From positions 62,001-126,000 of the forward strand of contig AP039698.1 in the NCBI GenBank assembly GCA_051599415.1: a stretch of DNA of 64,000 nucleotides, given 5' to 3'. Both the position numbers and the translations under genes were made by a program. Source of the stretch: Savitreella phatthalungensis (lineage: Eukaryota). Under the pieces are notes generated by a model, which was not told the origin of the DNA, made no database searches, and saw only the letters and a program-made list of their open reading frames with translations. Every line of letters begins with the position of its first letter. The stretch's first letter is position 1. Shown here piece after piece: positions 33,720 to 44,509 of this stretch.

Positions 33720-35747
33720 TTAGTGCCGACGTGTATTTCGCGGCGTCTTCACTTTGCTTCCATGCTTCTTTGCAGCTCGACTGTAGCGAGCGGCTTTCTT
33801 AGTCGTCGGTGAGGCGTCGTGGAAACCAGGCTTGCGTGACACGTCACGCTCAAGTGTCAGTGGACGTGAGCCCGGTACGATTTTCCCTCTGGAACCAGGC
33901 AGAACCCGCGGCGGGTACAGCAGATTCAGAGCGTCCACGATGTGCGGCTTTTCGAGCTGAATAGCTTTGGTGAAGAGACACTTCAGAACGGATCGTGGGG
34001 GAATTGCATTTGCGCCATTGATCGCAGACCCGTGAGCTGGGTCGTCGTACAACTCAAATAGAACTTGCACTGCGTCATCTAGCCGATCAAGACGCGCCAG
34101 TGCTTCGATATACCGTGCATGAGTCTGAATATCAGGCGATGTGCCATCACCTGGTATCGCTGCGAGACACGACGATGGCCCAGCGTGCTCTACGTGCGCA
34201 CGGTAAGCATGCCACGCTGTGTTGAGTAGATCGAGATCGCGCGCATCGTAAGCAGCTAAGAGCGCAGTGCGGTAGGTGAAGGGTGACTGCGCCAAGCCAA
34301 GCCTCGCAAAGAGATTCGATGGTCCAAAGCATGCATCCCGCAAAGCGTTGGTGGCTTTGCGTTGGTGCAGGACTCCAATGTACGCATCTAGAAGCTGTGT
34401 GTCAACGGTGTCAGCATCGTGCTCAGCGAGGTAGCGGAGTACACGCTGGGCTTCGTGTGCGGTCTCAGTGGTTGTAAGAACGTCCTTGTCGAGTAGAAGC
34501 CCGCCGGACGATGATTGCGGCAACGGAAGTGCATTCGCAGGATCGAAAACATGATCGACCGGTGTCTTGTCGTACGGCGCCCTGCCGCTCGCGTAGGCAC
34601 GCATTAGCAGCTGCCACATCGTTCGGTCGATTTTCCAGGCCTCATTGACCTCTCCATCGATGACAGCGGCGCGGCTTAGCAGCTCCTTGACTAACTTGCG
34701 CGCGCGGATGAGATCTTGTGCAGTAACACATGCCGCAAGGAGCGCATAGTACGTGATCTTATCGAGCTCGACGCCGTCGCGCTGCATTTGATCGGCGACC
34801 TGCCAAGCTTCAACGAAATACGTCGAACGCGAGGCAAAGACGCGGATCAGAGTGTTGTATGTATATCTGTTAGGCTTGTGTCCTTTTTCTTGCATCTCTG
34901 TGAACAGGTCCTGAGCGCGCTCAGCCGACTTCTCCGGTGATTTTAGACAAGCGTGGATCAGCAGTGAATAGGTGGTGACATCGGGAGCGTACCGTGTAGA
35001 CCTATATTTGAGGGTGTCGAAGATGTCAAAGGCACGCTCAGTTGCACCTGTGCGCACGCAGCATGCCATAAGGGACGTGCTCACGATAAGATCTTGCTCG
35101 ATTCCTGCAACCTCCATCTGGTTGTAGAGTGCCAGGGCCTTGTCGAGGTCGCGAGCCCGAGCGAATGCGCCCATGAGATGGCCGTACGTGTAGCCAGTTG
35201 CGGCGAGCCCTCGATTCTGCATTTCTGCAAAACACGCAATCGCAGTGTCAGCGTTGCCCAGCGTGCTGTGTGCCGCAAGCAACAAATCGTAAGTATGGGC
35301 GTGAGGATTGGTGTGCTGAAGGAGTCGAGTGCCTTGGGTGATCCTACTGGCTGGTCGCATTGCGGCCAGCATCGCATTCGCATCGTTCGTGGAGATTGGA
35401 ACACCTCTTGAGATGATGCGGTCGACGGCAGACGTCCAATCGACATCGTCGCGCGTAATGTCTTTCACTCCAATCGCCTTGGCCAATGAATTATATGGTG
35501 AAGCTCTCCGCGGAGAGGGCAGAACGATCGGCTTTTCTGCAAAGGACAGCGCCGTAGTCACAGCGTCGATGTCCCTCTTGAGGCTGCGCCTGGGAGGCTG
35601 TGGAATAAAGTCGTCCGTTACATCATCGTCATACTGTACTGCCGTTGCGATGCTGCTTGCGGAGCGTGAGGGAGCGACTAGACGCGGAGCGCTTCGCAAT
35701 AGAGCTGTACGTGTCCATGAGGGACACAAAAATGCGAGCGCTCGCAT
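33720..35747 (-). CDS. Mitochondrial pentatricopeptide-repeat protein (Ccm1-like architecture)
   Basis: Arg/Ser-rich presequence; tandem 35-aa PPRs (e.g. PDVTTYSLLIHACLK, KPNRYTYNTLIRVFAS, DKITYYALLAAC). Confidence 0.88.
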   Translation of the reverse strand: MRALAFLCPSWTRTALLRSAPRLVAPSRSASSIATAVQYDDDVTDDFIPQPPRRSLKRDIDAVTTALSFAEKPIVLPSPRRASPYNSLAKAIGVKDITRDDVDWTSAVDRIISRGVPISTNDANAMLAAMRPASRITQGTRLLQHTNPHAHTYDLLLAAHSTLGNADTAIACFAEMQNRGLAATGYTYGHLMGAFARARDLDKALALYNQMEVAGIEQDLIVSTSLMACCVRTGATERAFDIFDTLKYRSTRYAPDVTTYSLLIHACLKSPEKSAERAQDLFTEMQEKGHKPNRYTYNTLIRVFASRSTYFVEAWQVADQMQRDGVELDKITYYALLAACVTAQDLIRARKLVKELLSRAAVIDGEVNEAWKIDRTMWQLLMRAYASGRAPYDKTPVDHVFDPANALPLPQSSSGGLLLDKDVLTTTETAHEAQRVLRYLAEHDADTVDTQLLDAYIGVLHQRKATNALRDACFGPSNLFARLGLAQSPFTYRTALLAAYDARDLDLLNTAWHAYRAHVEHAGPSSCLAAIPGDGTSPDIQTHARYIEALARLDRLDDAVQVLFELYDDPAHGSAINGANAIPPRSVLKCLFTKAIQLEKPHIVDALNLLYPPRVLPGSRGKIVPGSRPLTLERDVSRKPGFHDASPTTKKAARYSRAAKKHGSKVKTPRNTRRH

Positions 35748-36169
35748 GAACCCGCGATCTCAGACAGCGTCTCGGTCCTTGGATTACAGTGCTCTTACGT
35801 ATCTATGTCCCGTATGTAGACTGTTTTGACGTCGTGTGCCTGTCAGATGCTGCACGTGAACATCTAAGATTGATCTGGTGTTTGGAAATGTGGCACTCGA
35901 TTGGAGCAATTGTGGCTGGAGGATGCTCTGATCAAATTCTCACGGATGCTTCGAAATCCCTGAATTATTGCTACATGCTGGCGGAGGAACACTTCGCCTG
36001 TTTGCCTAGTGTACTGCGCTGTAGGGATCCTGTCTCGGATGTGCCACTTGGCACGCACGCAGGCACACTCGCAGGCACACGCGGGAAGCTTCTACACAAA
36101 AGACAGACCGTCACTCAAAAAGTCTTCATTGACCTTGAGGACACGATTTTGAATCGAGAGAAGTCGATC

Positions 36170-36625
36170 ATGCAGCTCTTTGTCCGTGGGGACAACACTT
36201 TCACCGTCGACGTTCCGGCGTCGGCGTCCGTTCGCGACCTCCAGGTCGCTGTCGCCTCGAAGGCTGGCTTTGCCGTCGAGGAGCAGCGCCTGGTGTTTGC
36301 CGGCCAGCAGCTCGAGGAGGCTTCCTCGCTCGCTGAGTACGGCGTCACTTCGGCCTCGACCATCAATCTCGTCTTCCGCCTTTGCGGTGGTGCGAAGAAG
36401 CGCAAGAAGAAGGTCTACACCACCCCAAAGAAGATCAAGCACAAGCGCAAGAAAGTCAAGATGGCAGTGATCAAGTACTACAAGGTCGAGGGCGATGGCA
36501 AGATCCAGCGTCTTCGCCGTGAGTGCCCTGCTCCTTCGTGCGGTGCCGGTGTCTTCATGGCCAACCACAAGGACCGCCAGTACTGCGGCAAGTGCGGTCT
36601 GACCTACATGGTCCAGAAGTCGTAA
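36170..36625 (+). CDS. RPS31: 40S ribosomal protein eS31 (S27a) fused to a divergent 74-aa ubiquitin-like domain
   Basis: ATG 36170; UBL ends LVFRLCGG, followed by canonical [18 protein letters not shown]...[22 protein letters not shown]. Strongly C/G-ending codons. Confidence 0.95.
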   Translation: MQLFVRGDNTFTVDVPASASVRDLQVAVASKAGFAVEEQRLVFAGQQLEEASSLAEYGVTSASTINLVFRLCGGAKKRKKKVYTTPKKIKHKRKKVKMAVIKYYKVEGDGKIQRLRRECPAPSCGAGVFMANHKDRQYCGKCGLTYMVQKS

Positions 36626-36732
36626 ATATAGTTCTTCGGAATTCTATGTCCGCGACCGAAATTGGAGACTGTGTGTGATGAACAAGGTGTTTTGACGTGA
36701 GCAGTGTGCACTCTGCGTGACAGCGGTGAGCT

Positions 36733-36764
36733 CTATCTGATATGCAAGCTATCTGATATGCAAG
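36733..36764. repeat. Perfect 16-bp tandem duplication
   Basis: CTATCTGATATGCAAG x2. Confidence 0.9.
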
Positions 36765-37668
36765 TTGACCGGTTGACTCGAACTCCTGTGCGGCAGAATG
36801 ATATCCGTCCGTGCTAGACGATGCGCTACAGACATAGTTCCGATGAGCCAGCGATGGAAATGTGGTCACCTTTGTGGACTACACTGCAGTCCATAGGTTG
36901 CACTGGGTGCGCTGGAGCGGCCGGACAAAGCTTTCTGAGGACACACATACACACGAAGGTCACCTCTATCGTCAAAATGCTGATTCGATCAAGGAGGAGA
37001 GAGCATTGTAACAGAATGATGATGCCAGCAACGATGGTGACTCCCGTGTGTAAGACTGCAATGACTAGTTCTATGTACAGTATACCGGATTGCCATGCAT
37101 CTGGAGAATGTCCACGTGCAGTAAAAGTTCTACGATCATTGTGCATACTCATCAAAAGATTGGTTACCTACGGATAAAATCTCTGAGTGGCTCGACTATT
37201 GAGATCTGGAAATAATGACAATGATGAATGATCACTTTCAGAGTCAAAAACGGAAGCGGAAAGGGAAGAAGAAGAAGATTGATGCACCTTGGCTTTCTCT
37301 GCTTGATCAGAATGACGCGAACATCGAATCGGCTTATTGACTGTTCAGACTAGATGCTCGGGAAGCCATCCATTCAGAATTATATCTCACCTGGAATACA
37401 CTCGAAAGCCATTTTGAGAATAGGGCAAGTGTACACATATTTACGAACAATCTATGTACTGATTGATTCATTTTAACCCTGTTCAAGTGAAGTCAGAAGC
37501 ATCACCATAGCGGTTATACACGCACACATACACACGTACAGATATACATACACAGATATACACACGCGGGGTGATGAAGATAATCACAGCCAGGTTAGGC
37601 GAGGAGGATCAATCTATAGTAAGTGATAGCAGATACTGATACATCCTGATAAGCCTTAACCACATCAG

Positions 37669-37710
37669 GAGTCCACAAGAGTCATAAGAGTCACAAGAGT
37701 GACGAGAGTC
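37669..37710. repeat. Degenerate ~9-bp tandem array (GAGTCAcaa)
   Basis: GAGT(C/G) at 37669, 37679, 37688, 37697, 37706. Confidence 0.75.
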
Positions 37711-37956
37711 GATAGGAAACCGTCAGTTCAGTAGACCACGCGAAAGGTCGCCAATAGCCCTTGTCATTGAGTTGTAGACTCCATTTCACTATTGCGCGCA
37801 CTCCCTCCGTTCTGTACGCCAAAGCGCATCCACCAAACGCACTCTATCTTGCGCCTCCCAACACCAGCGCAATCGCTCTCAAACCCAGAAGTCTCTCGCG
37901 CGCGCGTGGACGATCACACTCCATCACAGTATCACTCATCTCAAGAACGACCAACC

Positions 37957-38589
37957 ATGGCTGACGAGTACTTCTCTTCACGCGCGAGGCCTATCACGAT
38001 TGGCTCCTCTCACATCTCTGCCGCTTCACCATCTACATCGTCGTCGGCGGTACAGATGCCTAGGACTGCGCCTGTGACGGGTGGTGTGAGCGTTGACAGT
38101 CTACCTGGGAAGCATTCTCGAATGACGGATGTGGGTGGCGGGCTGGGTTTGAGCCATGGCAAGTCACCTGCTATCGCTTCACCGACCACGACGACATATG
38201 CGACCTCGCCCGGGATGAGATACCTCAGCTCGTCCATCAGATCGAACGACAGTTACGCGGTGTACGAGCTCGGTAGCCACCATCGCCCACGCTGGGCAGG
38301 AGTTCCATCGAGCAGCAGCAGCAGTAGTACTGGTAGTGCGGATGATTACCACCAACAGCACTATCTCCGACCTGCACCACTCATCGTCTCGTCGAGTGTG
38401 CAGGGGTTTGAGTGGTCAAAGGACGTTTTCATAAGCCGGTATGGTCAGGAACGATACTTCTCTCACGAGACGAACGCTTCTGCCGCCAATGCAACAGGCG
38501 TGGCTGACGCCGACGGCACACACAACTCACATATCCAGGCAATCGACATCTACCTCGATGACGATGATCGTCTATTTGACGACCTATGA
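37957..38589 (+). CDS. Small Ser/Pro-rich hypothetical protein with C-terminal SQGFEW..D.F and IDIYLDDD motifs
   Basis: ATG 37957 in good context (caaccATGG); 210 aa. Confidence 0.75.
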   Translation: MADEYFSSRARPITIGSSHISAASPSTSSSAVQMPRTAPVTGGVSVDSLPGKHSRMTDVGGGLGLSHGKSPAIASPTTTTYATSPGMRYLSSSIRSNDSYAVYELGSHHRPRWAGVPSSSSSSSTGSADDYHQQHYLRPAPLIVSSSVQGFEWSKDVFISRYGQERYFSHETNASAANATGVADADGTHNSHIQAIDIYLDDDDRLFDDL

Positions 38590-38695
38590 TCCTAGCAACC
38601 TCCAATCCTCAAACGCCAACAGCCTAAATGACAATGCAATGATATCAGATGAAATTGACCTCGACCAACCAGTCAAATACGTGTGAGGTGAACGT

Positions 38696-40924
38696 TCAAG
38701 TGGCGACTCGTACCAGCCTGGCTTTCTTCGTCGTTGTGTTGTCATCTTGCGCCTGGTTTTGCTGCTGCTGTTGTTGATGTTGTTTGGGAGTAGGGCCGGA
38801 GTTTGATTTGGCTGAGAGTCCTGCTTTCTTGCCACGATCGCTAGTCACTCCTGTCGGCGGTGAACGCCATTGCGACCCAACAGAAGTACTACCGCCGCCG
38901 CGACCGCTCCCGGAAGCTGGCATGACCACGAAAGGGAACGCATGTGTTCCTGTCCTCTTCGTCATTGTTGCCTTCGGTGCCGATGACGACGACTGTACAA
39001 AGTCGGTCGATTGGGGGTAGGTCGGAGCCAGGGTCGTGTACGTCGGTGGTATCCAAGCTTGTGCAGCTCGAATGTGTACGTCGTCTAACGAGGTCTGATC
39101 GGAATTCTGCAACGCCGTCGACAAGTCGTTGGAAATGGTGATGACTGGTGACTGCGCCGCCGCCAGCGTGCCGTTCGTCGTGAAAGAGGCGTGTCTGGTT
39201 TTTGGCGACGCAAAGATTCCACGGTTCAAACGCGCGGCGGAAGTTCTTCGTCCAGCAGCAGCTTTATCATCGCCCTCGTCATCGTCGTCATCAGCGATCG
39301 CTGAGTCGTCATTAAGTGAGACTTCACCATTGAGGCCTCCTGAACCTGGCGCTGCATGTGCGATCGTCCAAGCGCCACTGCCATCATGAAGATGCCCTTC
39401 GGCGGAAGTGTCCTCGCGAACGAGCGTTGACGGACGCAAACTGTCTGGCATGGACATTGGATCGACTGCCGCTGATTCCGGCGTTGACGCAGGCGACTCC
39501 GTCAAGTCAAGTGGTGGCAGATTGGCTGCGAGATCAGGCACGGGCAGGCCCAGGGCGAGCTCTCGGCGCATGACGGTGATGGTATGTTTGCGCCAGTCGA
39601 CATACCTAAGAGTAAGCGGCTTCGTGTCTGCTGCGTTCGTCGATCCCGACTCAATTCCGGGAATGAGGAAACGGCCCAACCAGCGGTCACGCACACCGTC
39701 GTCCCAAACTAGGCCGGCCATGGCATTACCGAGCGGCACGTGGGTCAGCAGCAGCTCAGATAGGACGAGCTCAAGTCGATCGGCGAGTCGATGATGTAGT
39801 GCCGATTGTGCTGCAGAGGACATGAGCGGTGGAGGCGCATCGGGTAAGGCGACCGTACCGATAGGCGGTGACGACGTCGTGCTAGCATTGCCGCTATTCC
39901 CGGACAAGGTAACGTGGGACAGCGCATCGAGGGCGGTCAGGTGAAGCGCATTGAGATACAGTTTTCGAACTTCACCTCGGGTGGGTGCATGGTAAGGTTT
40001 GGAAGTAGCTGGTAACTTGTCGTCGTCTTCGTCCCCGTCGTCTGGTAGGCAAGCCAACCAAGCGGCTATTTCAGGAAGTGGTGGCATATTCGCCAGACAA
40101 GCTTGACGGTTAGGCTGTGCGGACGACGCCGATGTATCACCATTGGTGAGGCCGGTTGCGACCGCTGTGAGTGGCAGAGATCTGCCTGCACGCCAGGCTG
40201 CACATAGCTTTTGCCAGTTCGGCAATCGAGCGAGCTCATCGTAGACCGCGGAGGGACGTACACCGGGCGGGTGCTGCATCAGTCGGTTCGTTGCATCTGC
40301 TGGACACCAATATGATCCGTGCGATCTCGTGGAGTTTTGAGCTGAAGGATAGGCGTGGGAGTCTACGTGGACGAGGGTCCGAGCTAAAACGATGAGTCTA
40401 CAGCGGCGCTCGAGCATGCAGAGCTCGCAATCAGGTCGGCGATCGAGTCGAACGATGAGTGGTTGCCTTCTGAGCAAGGCCACCGCTGCAGCCTGCCGGC
40501 TCTGTGAGGTGACTGGTCGCCGAGCTGTCCCGCGCTGGACGACAGTGTCTGTCGAGCTGGGATTGCTGGAAGCTGCAGCCACATTATCGAGTACCATGCT
40601 GTCATGTCGCGGCGTCGATACTGTGTCATCGTGCGTATGTCTGTGACGGTCGAATTGTGCTGCATTGCGAAGAAGTCCTTCGGCCAGACTGGGGAGTGGG
40701 GTGGTGTGCGCGACAAAGTCAGCAGCTGTCTTCTGCTGCAGCAGTGACGTGGCTGCTCGGCGCGTGTCGCCGAGAAGGGAGTGACCCGCAGTGTAGAGCA
40801 GATAGTCGACAATGCGAGAATTCGTCGAGGTGCAACGTCGACGCTTGGAAGGTCGTATCTCAGTTGTTACGTTACTCATGAGAACGTCCTGGCCATTGGA
40901 AGGAAGAGGGTCGCGAATGCTCAC
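38696..40924 (-). CDS. Hypothetical protein, 742 aa
   Basis: Long ATG-started ORF; NLS-like RPSKRRR, one CxxC (PDCELC), disordered C-terminus. No family recognised. Confidence 0.7.
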   Translation of the reverse strand: MSIRDPLPSNGQDVLMSNVTTEIRPSKRRRCTSTNSRIVDYLLYTAGHSLLGDTRRAATSLLQQKTAADFVAHTTPLPSLAEGLLRNAAQFDRHRHTHDDTVSTPRHDSMVLDNVAAASSNPSSTDTVVQRGTARRPVTSQSRQAAAVALLRRQPLIVRLDRRPDCELCMLERRCRLIVLARTLVHVDSHAYPSAQNSTRSHGSYWCPADATNRLMQHPPGVRPSAVYDELARLPNWQKLCAAWRAGRSLPLTAVATGLTNGDTSASSAQPNRQACLANMPPLPEIAAWLACLPDDGDEDDDKLPATSKPYHAPTRGEVRKLYLNALHLTALDALSHVTLSGNSGNASTTSSPPIGTVALPDAPPPLMSSAAQSALHHRLADRLELVLSELLLTHVPLGNAMAGLVWDDGVRDRWLGRFLIPGIESGSTNAADTKPLTLRYVDWRKHTITVMRRELALGLPVPDLAANLPPLDLTESPASTPESAAVDPMSMPDSLRPSTLVREDTSAEGHLHDGSGAWTIAHAAPGSGGLNGEVSLNDDSAIADDDDDEGDDKAAAGRRTSAARLNRGIFASPKTRHASFTTNGTLAAAQSPVITISNDLSTALQNSDQTSLDDVHIRAAQAWIPPTYTTLAPTYPQSTDFVQSSSSAPKATMTKRTGTHAFPFVVMPASGSGRGGGSTSVGSQWRSPPTGVTSDRGKKAGLSAKSNSGPTPKQHQQQQQQNQAQDDNTTTKKARLVRVAT

Positions 40925-42025
40925 TTATGGGAGTTGATGCTTGCAGTATGATCTGGCCAAGGGAGAATGTTGACACAGCGTCAAGACGACTATTGCTTCA
41001 GAACAACGTTTATGGTTTGAGACCCGGTGGGCTGATGTGTGTGTGTGGGTGTGTGGAGAGTCCCCGCCGCGGACTTCTGTCAGAAAAGTATCGTCATGGA
41101 GACTTGTGGTCGGGAGAAAGTTAGGACGAATGAGGGATCATGGATGGCATGGAAGGGAAGCGCGTTCGGAAGAGCCGATGTTGAAGTGGATAGACACAAA
41201 GTGCGTGAATGTATGAGTGTGTGAGAGCGCGCGGGTGTGGACAGAGACGGGAAAAGTGGTGGAGCAGCTAGCCAGATAGATCAATCAGTCTGAAAGGCAG
41301 TTTCTGCGGGGGAGATCTGTGCGTGTGGATGCGGGTCAACGAGCAGTCTATCACAGTGGCTAGCTTGGAGAGTTGGTTAGGATCCGATTCGGGGATCCGC
41401 TATCTTTTGAGTGAGTATGATATGATGAGATCACCGGACTTCCGACGTAAGGGATAGGCCGTAGACCGACCGGTAGCTGTACGGAGAGTTGGTTGAACGA
41501 TTGATTGGCGTGAGTGGTGGAGTATCAACTTGGTTGAAAGATAAGCGACAAGATAAGATAGCGTACAGACGTTCGTAAATGAATACTGTATCTCCAGATC
41601 AATTGTTTTGGTTTGATTGTAGCCACTCTGATAATTTGATCGATCTTTTCAATTCAAATCCTATTTTAGATCGAGTGTGATTGATGATCGATTCTGTCTT
41701 CAGGTAAATCAAATTCATATTTGCACGTATATATTTTATGTGAACGTATGATATACATTTATCAAATATGGTCAAGATCAAATGAAATCAAATCTCCGCA
41801 ATTCCCCGGACTTTTTCCAGATCGCTTTTGCATTGATACATTCGATCATGATCGATCGACACTGATGATAAGCATATACTTTTGTCCGGTCGCTCTAGAT
41901 GCACAACATGTTTGAACACGTGTGATGATGCATGGATGGGATTGCTCATACACGTGTGGTGACTGGATTCAATTAACTTAAGCTATCCTATGCACCCGTG
42001 GTAGACAATCAGACCGAGTTCTAAC

Positions 42026-44509
42026 TTAGAACGGACTATTGACGATACTGCTGCGGTTCAGTCGTTGCTTGATCGGCGTCGATAGACTTTGCCTCGTTGG
42101 CGGCTTGAATGATTTCTTGTCGACCATAGACACGTCATTTGGTAGGGCGACAATCACGTTCTTGTCACTGCCGAAGCGGAAGTTATCTGCCTTGACCTCG
42201 TCCTCGTATTTGCGAATGCGGTATTTTGGTTTCGTCGCTGCTGCTGAAGAACCGATTCCCGCACTGCTTGCACGAGCGCCTGCAATCACACGATCGAGCG
42301 ACCATGTGATCACGTACGGTCCCGTACTCGTTACAATACTCTTCTCTTTCGTGTCTGGTCCTGCGTTGAACTTGGCGGGTGTGAAGGCGAGCTTACCCTG
42401 CATCAGGGCGACGTGTTCTGGCGAGAGTTGAAGGATGTGCGGTCGAGGCTTTGAGTCTTTACCAAACGACTTCTTGAACCCGAGCTCGCCTGCATTCTTG
42501 CCCTCGCTGATCTTCGCATCGATCAGTAGCAGGTATGTCTTTGTGGTGGCGAGCACCCAGCGCCCATCGGCACTGACGTCGACGCCGATGATTGGTGCCG
42601 ACATCGGTGGCAACGCGGTCTTTGCGTTGATGCCCAAGCGGTCGTACAAGCGGATGTCGCCCTTGTTGGAGGCAACCGCGATATAGCCAGCTTCTGTGGT
42701 AGCCGCGGCTGTAAAGTCATTCTGAGATTTATACTGCTTGAACATCGAGTCAACCAGTTTGTTGCCGCTCAATCGCGGATCGATCTTGTAGAGACTGTTC
42801 TTCGACAGTCCGACGAGCGTCTGCTCGCCCGTCATCCCCGCGAATTTGGAAGAAGGCGCAAACGATACGACCGGCACGTCATCGTGCACTTTCCATTCGT
42901 CCACAACCTTGCCGTACTCGAGGTCCATATTGTATAGGCGAGATGGATCGTCAGGATTCTGCATCACCAGATTACCATCCTCGTTGTGGAGCATGACCTT
43001 GGATGGCTGGAAGCGTGCTCCCTTGATCGTCTGAATTTTGTTGATAGCCGTAGCGAACTCGAGACCGTTGTCCTTTGTATGTCTGAAGACGCCAATTTTG
43101 TCGCCACGGACAACAAACGAGCGGTCGTGCTTGTAGCCGACTGCAAGTTGTGAGTTCTCGCCCTCACCGGACATTCGTTGCTCCTCATCGTCCGATGAAT
43201 CATAGGCGTCAGCGGGAACGGGTACATCCTGTTCCTCTTCGCTCTCATACTCCTCCACATCCTCTTCTCGCTCGTCCTCACTCTCGGCCATTTCAACATC
43301 CTCGTTGATCGCCATGAGGTATTCTCTGTCCTCATCTGATTGCTTTATCCAGCGCTGTTCGTTCAGCTTCTCCCAGAGCGCTCGCATGACACCTTCCTGG
43401 AAGGCCTCCGTTGCCGCATGGTCCTTGAAGCGCAAGAGCCAGGAATACGCATTGTCCTCGTCGTCATAGTAGTTCCAAATAAAGCAGAGCTGCTCGTAGT
43501 TAAAGACCGGGTTCATCTCAGCCTCCATGAGCTGGCCAAGGATGAGCTCGCCTGTGTTGTCCCTGACACTCAGGTAGTACTGCCATTTACCGATTTCTCC
43601 AACGCTCGCGTGCACAGCATCGCTCTGCAACTCGAACACTCCAGAGTCTCCATCGAAGAGATGTAACTCTGCCTGAGCTTCTGCCAAACTGTCGACAACA
43701 GGCACTTCAGAAGACGGTGCTGCGGGCTGTCGGGATGCGCTTGCCGTTGCCGTTTTCGGTGTCTGCTGCTGCTGTTGCGGCTTCTTTGCTGGGGTCGTCA
43801 GAGATTTGAATGTCCTTGAAGTCTCTGCGGGTGTCTGTGGCATGCTTGCGCCAGGACTGACGGCGCGCAAGCTCTCGAGGTCTTGCTCTGTGGCTTCTGC
43901 ATAAGACCTGCGGTGCTTGCGCTCGTACATGCATTGCAGACATGCGACTTCGAATGTAGCGATATCGCCCGGTCGCGTGGCAGGATCACAAACAAACGTG
44001 TAGGAATCGCCATCTTCCCCACCGGCATCTCGCCACTGGAAGATCGCACACCCTTCTCTCTCGCTCCGTCTAAATTTGACGCTCTCGTCCAGCAACCAGG
44101 TCTTGATATCACCTCCATCATCATGCTCGTGCTGTGAAGCAAACAGGCTGCGACGAGACTGCTCGATGGACGCCCTGACTTTAGCATCTGCAAGGCCGTC
44201 GCCACTTCCCCCACCGCCGTCCTCATCGCCTTCATCGTCCTCCAGATCGGATTCGCCTTCCTCGTACGCGCGCTCGATGCAGAGCAGGTATTGGTACTGC
44301 TGTCCTGTGCGTCGGACGCTGGCTTGCGCGTCCTTGAAGATGCACTCACTCAGGCCTTTGATGCCGGATGGCCGGAGGAGGTACAACTGACCTTGAGGGA
44401 TCGAACAAAGTTCCAGCTTGTCGCTCCCTTCGCCATCACCTCCACCGCCGTCAGAGCCACGTCCGTCATTCCCAAAGATCGCCCGACCCAGCGACTTTAT
44501 GGCGAACAT
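42026..44509 (-). CDS. VID27: Vacuolar import and degradation protein 27
   Basis: IPQGQLYLLRP...SECIFKDA, YSWLLRF, NSQLAVGYKHDRSFVVRG, MDLEYGKVVDEWKV, NAKTALP. Confidence 0.95.
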   Translation of the reverse strand: MFAIKSLGRAIFGNDGRGSDGGGGDGEGSDKLELCSIPQGQLYLLRPSGIKGLSECIFKDAQASVRRTGQQYQYLLCIERAYEEGESDLEDDEGDEDGGGGSGDGLADAKVRASIEQSRRSLFASQHEHDDGGDIKTWLLDESVKFRRSEREGCAIFQWRDAGGEDGDSYTFVCDPATRPGDIATFEVACLQCMYERKHRRSYAEATEQDLESLRAVSPGASMPQTPAETSRTFKSLTTPAKKPQQQQQTPKTATASASRQPAAPSSEVPVVDSLAEAQAELHLFDGDSGVFELQSDAVHASVGEIGKWQYYLSVRDNTGELILGQLMEAEMNPVFNYEQLCFIWNYYDDEDNAYSWLLRFKDHAATEAFQEGVMRALWEKLNEQRWIKQSDEDREYLMAINEDVEMAESEDEREEDVEEYESEEEQDVPVPADAYDSSDDEEQRMSGEGENSQLAVGYKHDRSFVVRGDKIGVFRHTKDNGLEFATAINKIQTIKGARFQPSKVMLHNEDGNLVMQNPDDPSRLYNMDLEYGKVVDEWKVHDDVPVVSFAPSSKFAGMTGEQTLVGLSKNSLYKIDPRLSGNKLVDSMFKQYKSQNDFTAAATTEAGYIAVASNKGDIRLYDRLGINAKTALPPMSAPIIGVDVSADGRWVLATTKTYLLLIDAKISEGKNAGELGFKKSFGKDSKPRPHILQLSPEHVALMQGKLAFTPAKFNAGPDTKEKSIVTSTGPYVITWSLDRVIAGARASSAGIGSSAAATKPKYRIRKYEDEVKADNFRFGSDKNVIVALPNDVSMVDKKSFKPPTRQSLSTPIKQRLNRSSIVNSPF

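Noticed and set aside
35789..36169. 127-codon in-frame extension upstream of UBL-S27a
   Set aside because: It spans the short divergent promoter shared with the PPR gene and lacks the codon bias of the CDS; the UBL fold begins at ATG 36170.
36675..36756. C/D snoRNA-like boxes (GTGATGA...CTGA) after RPS31
   Set aside because: No convincing >=10-nt rRNA complement that I could identify; it lies in the probable 3' UTR, and similar box pairs occur by chance (e.g. 37571-37650).
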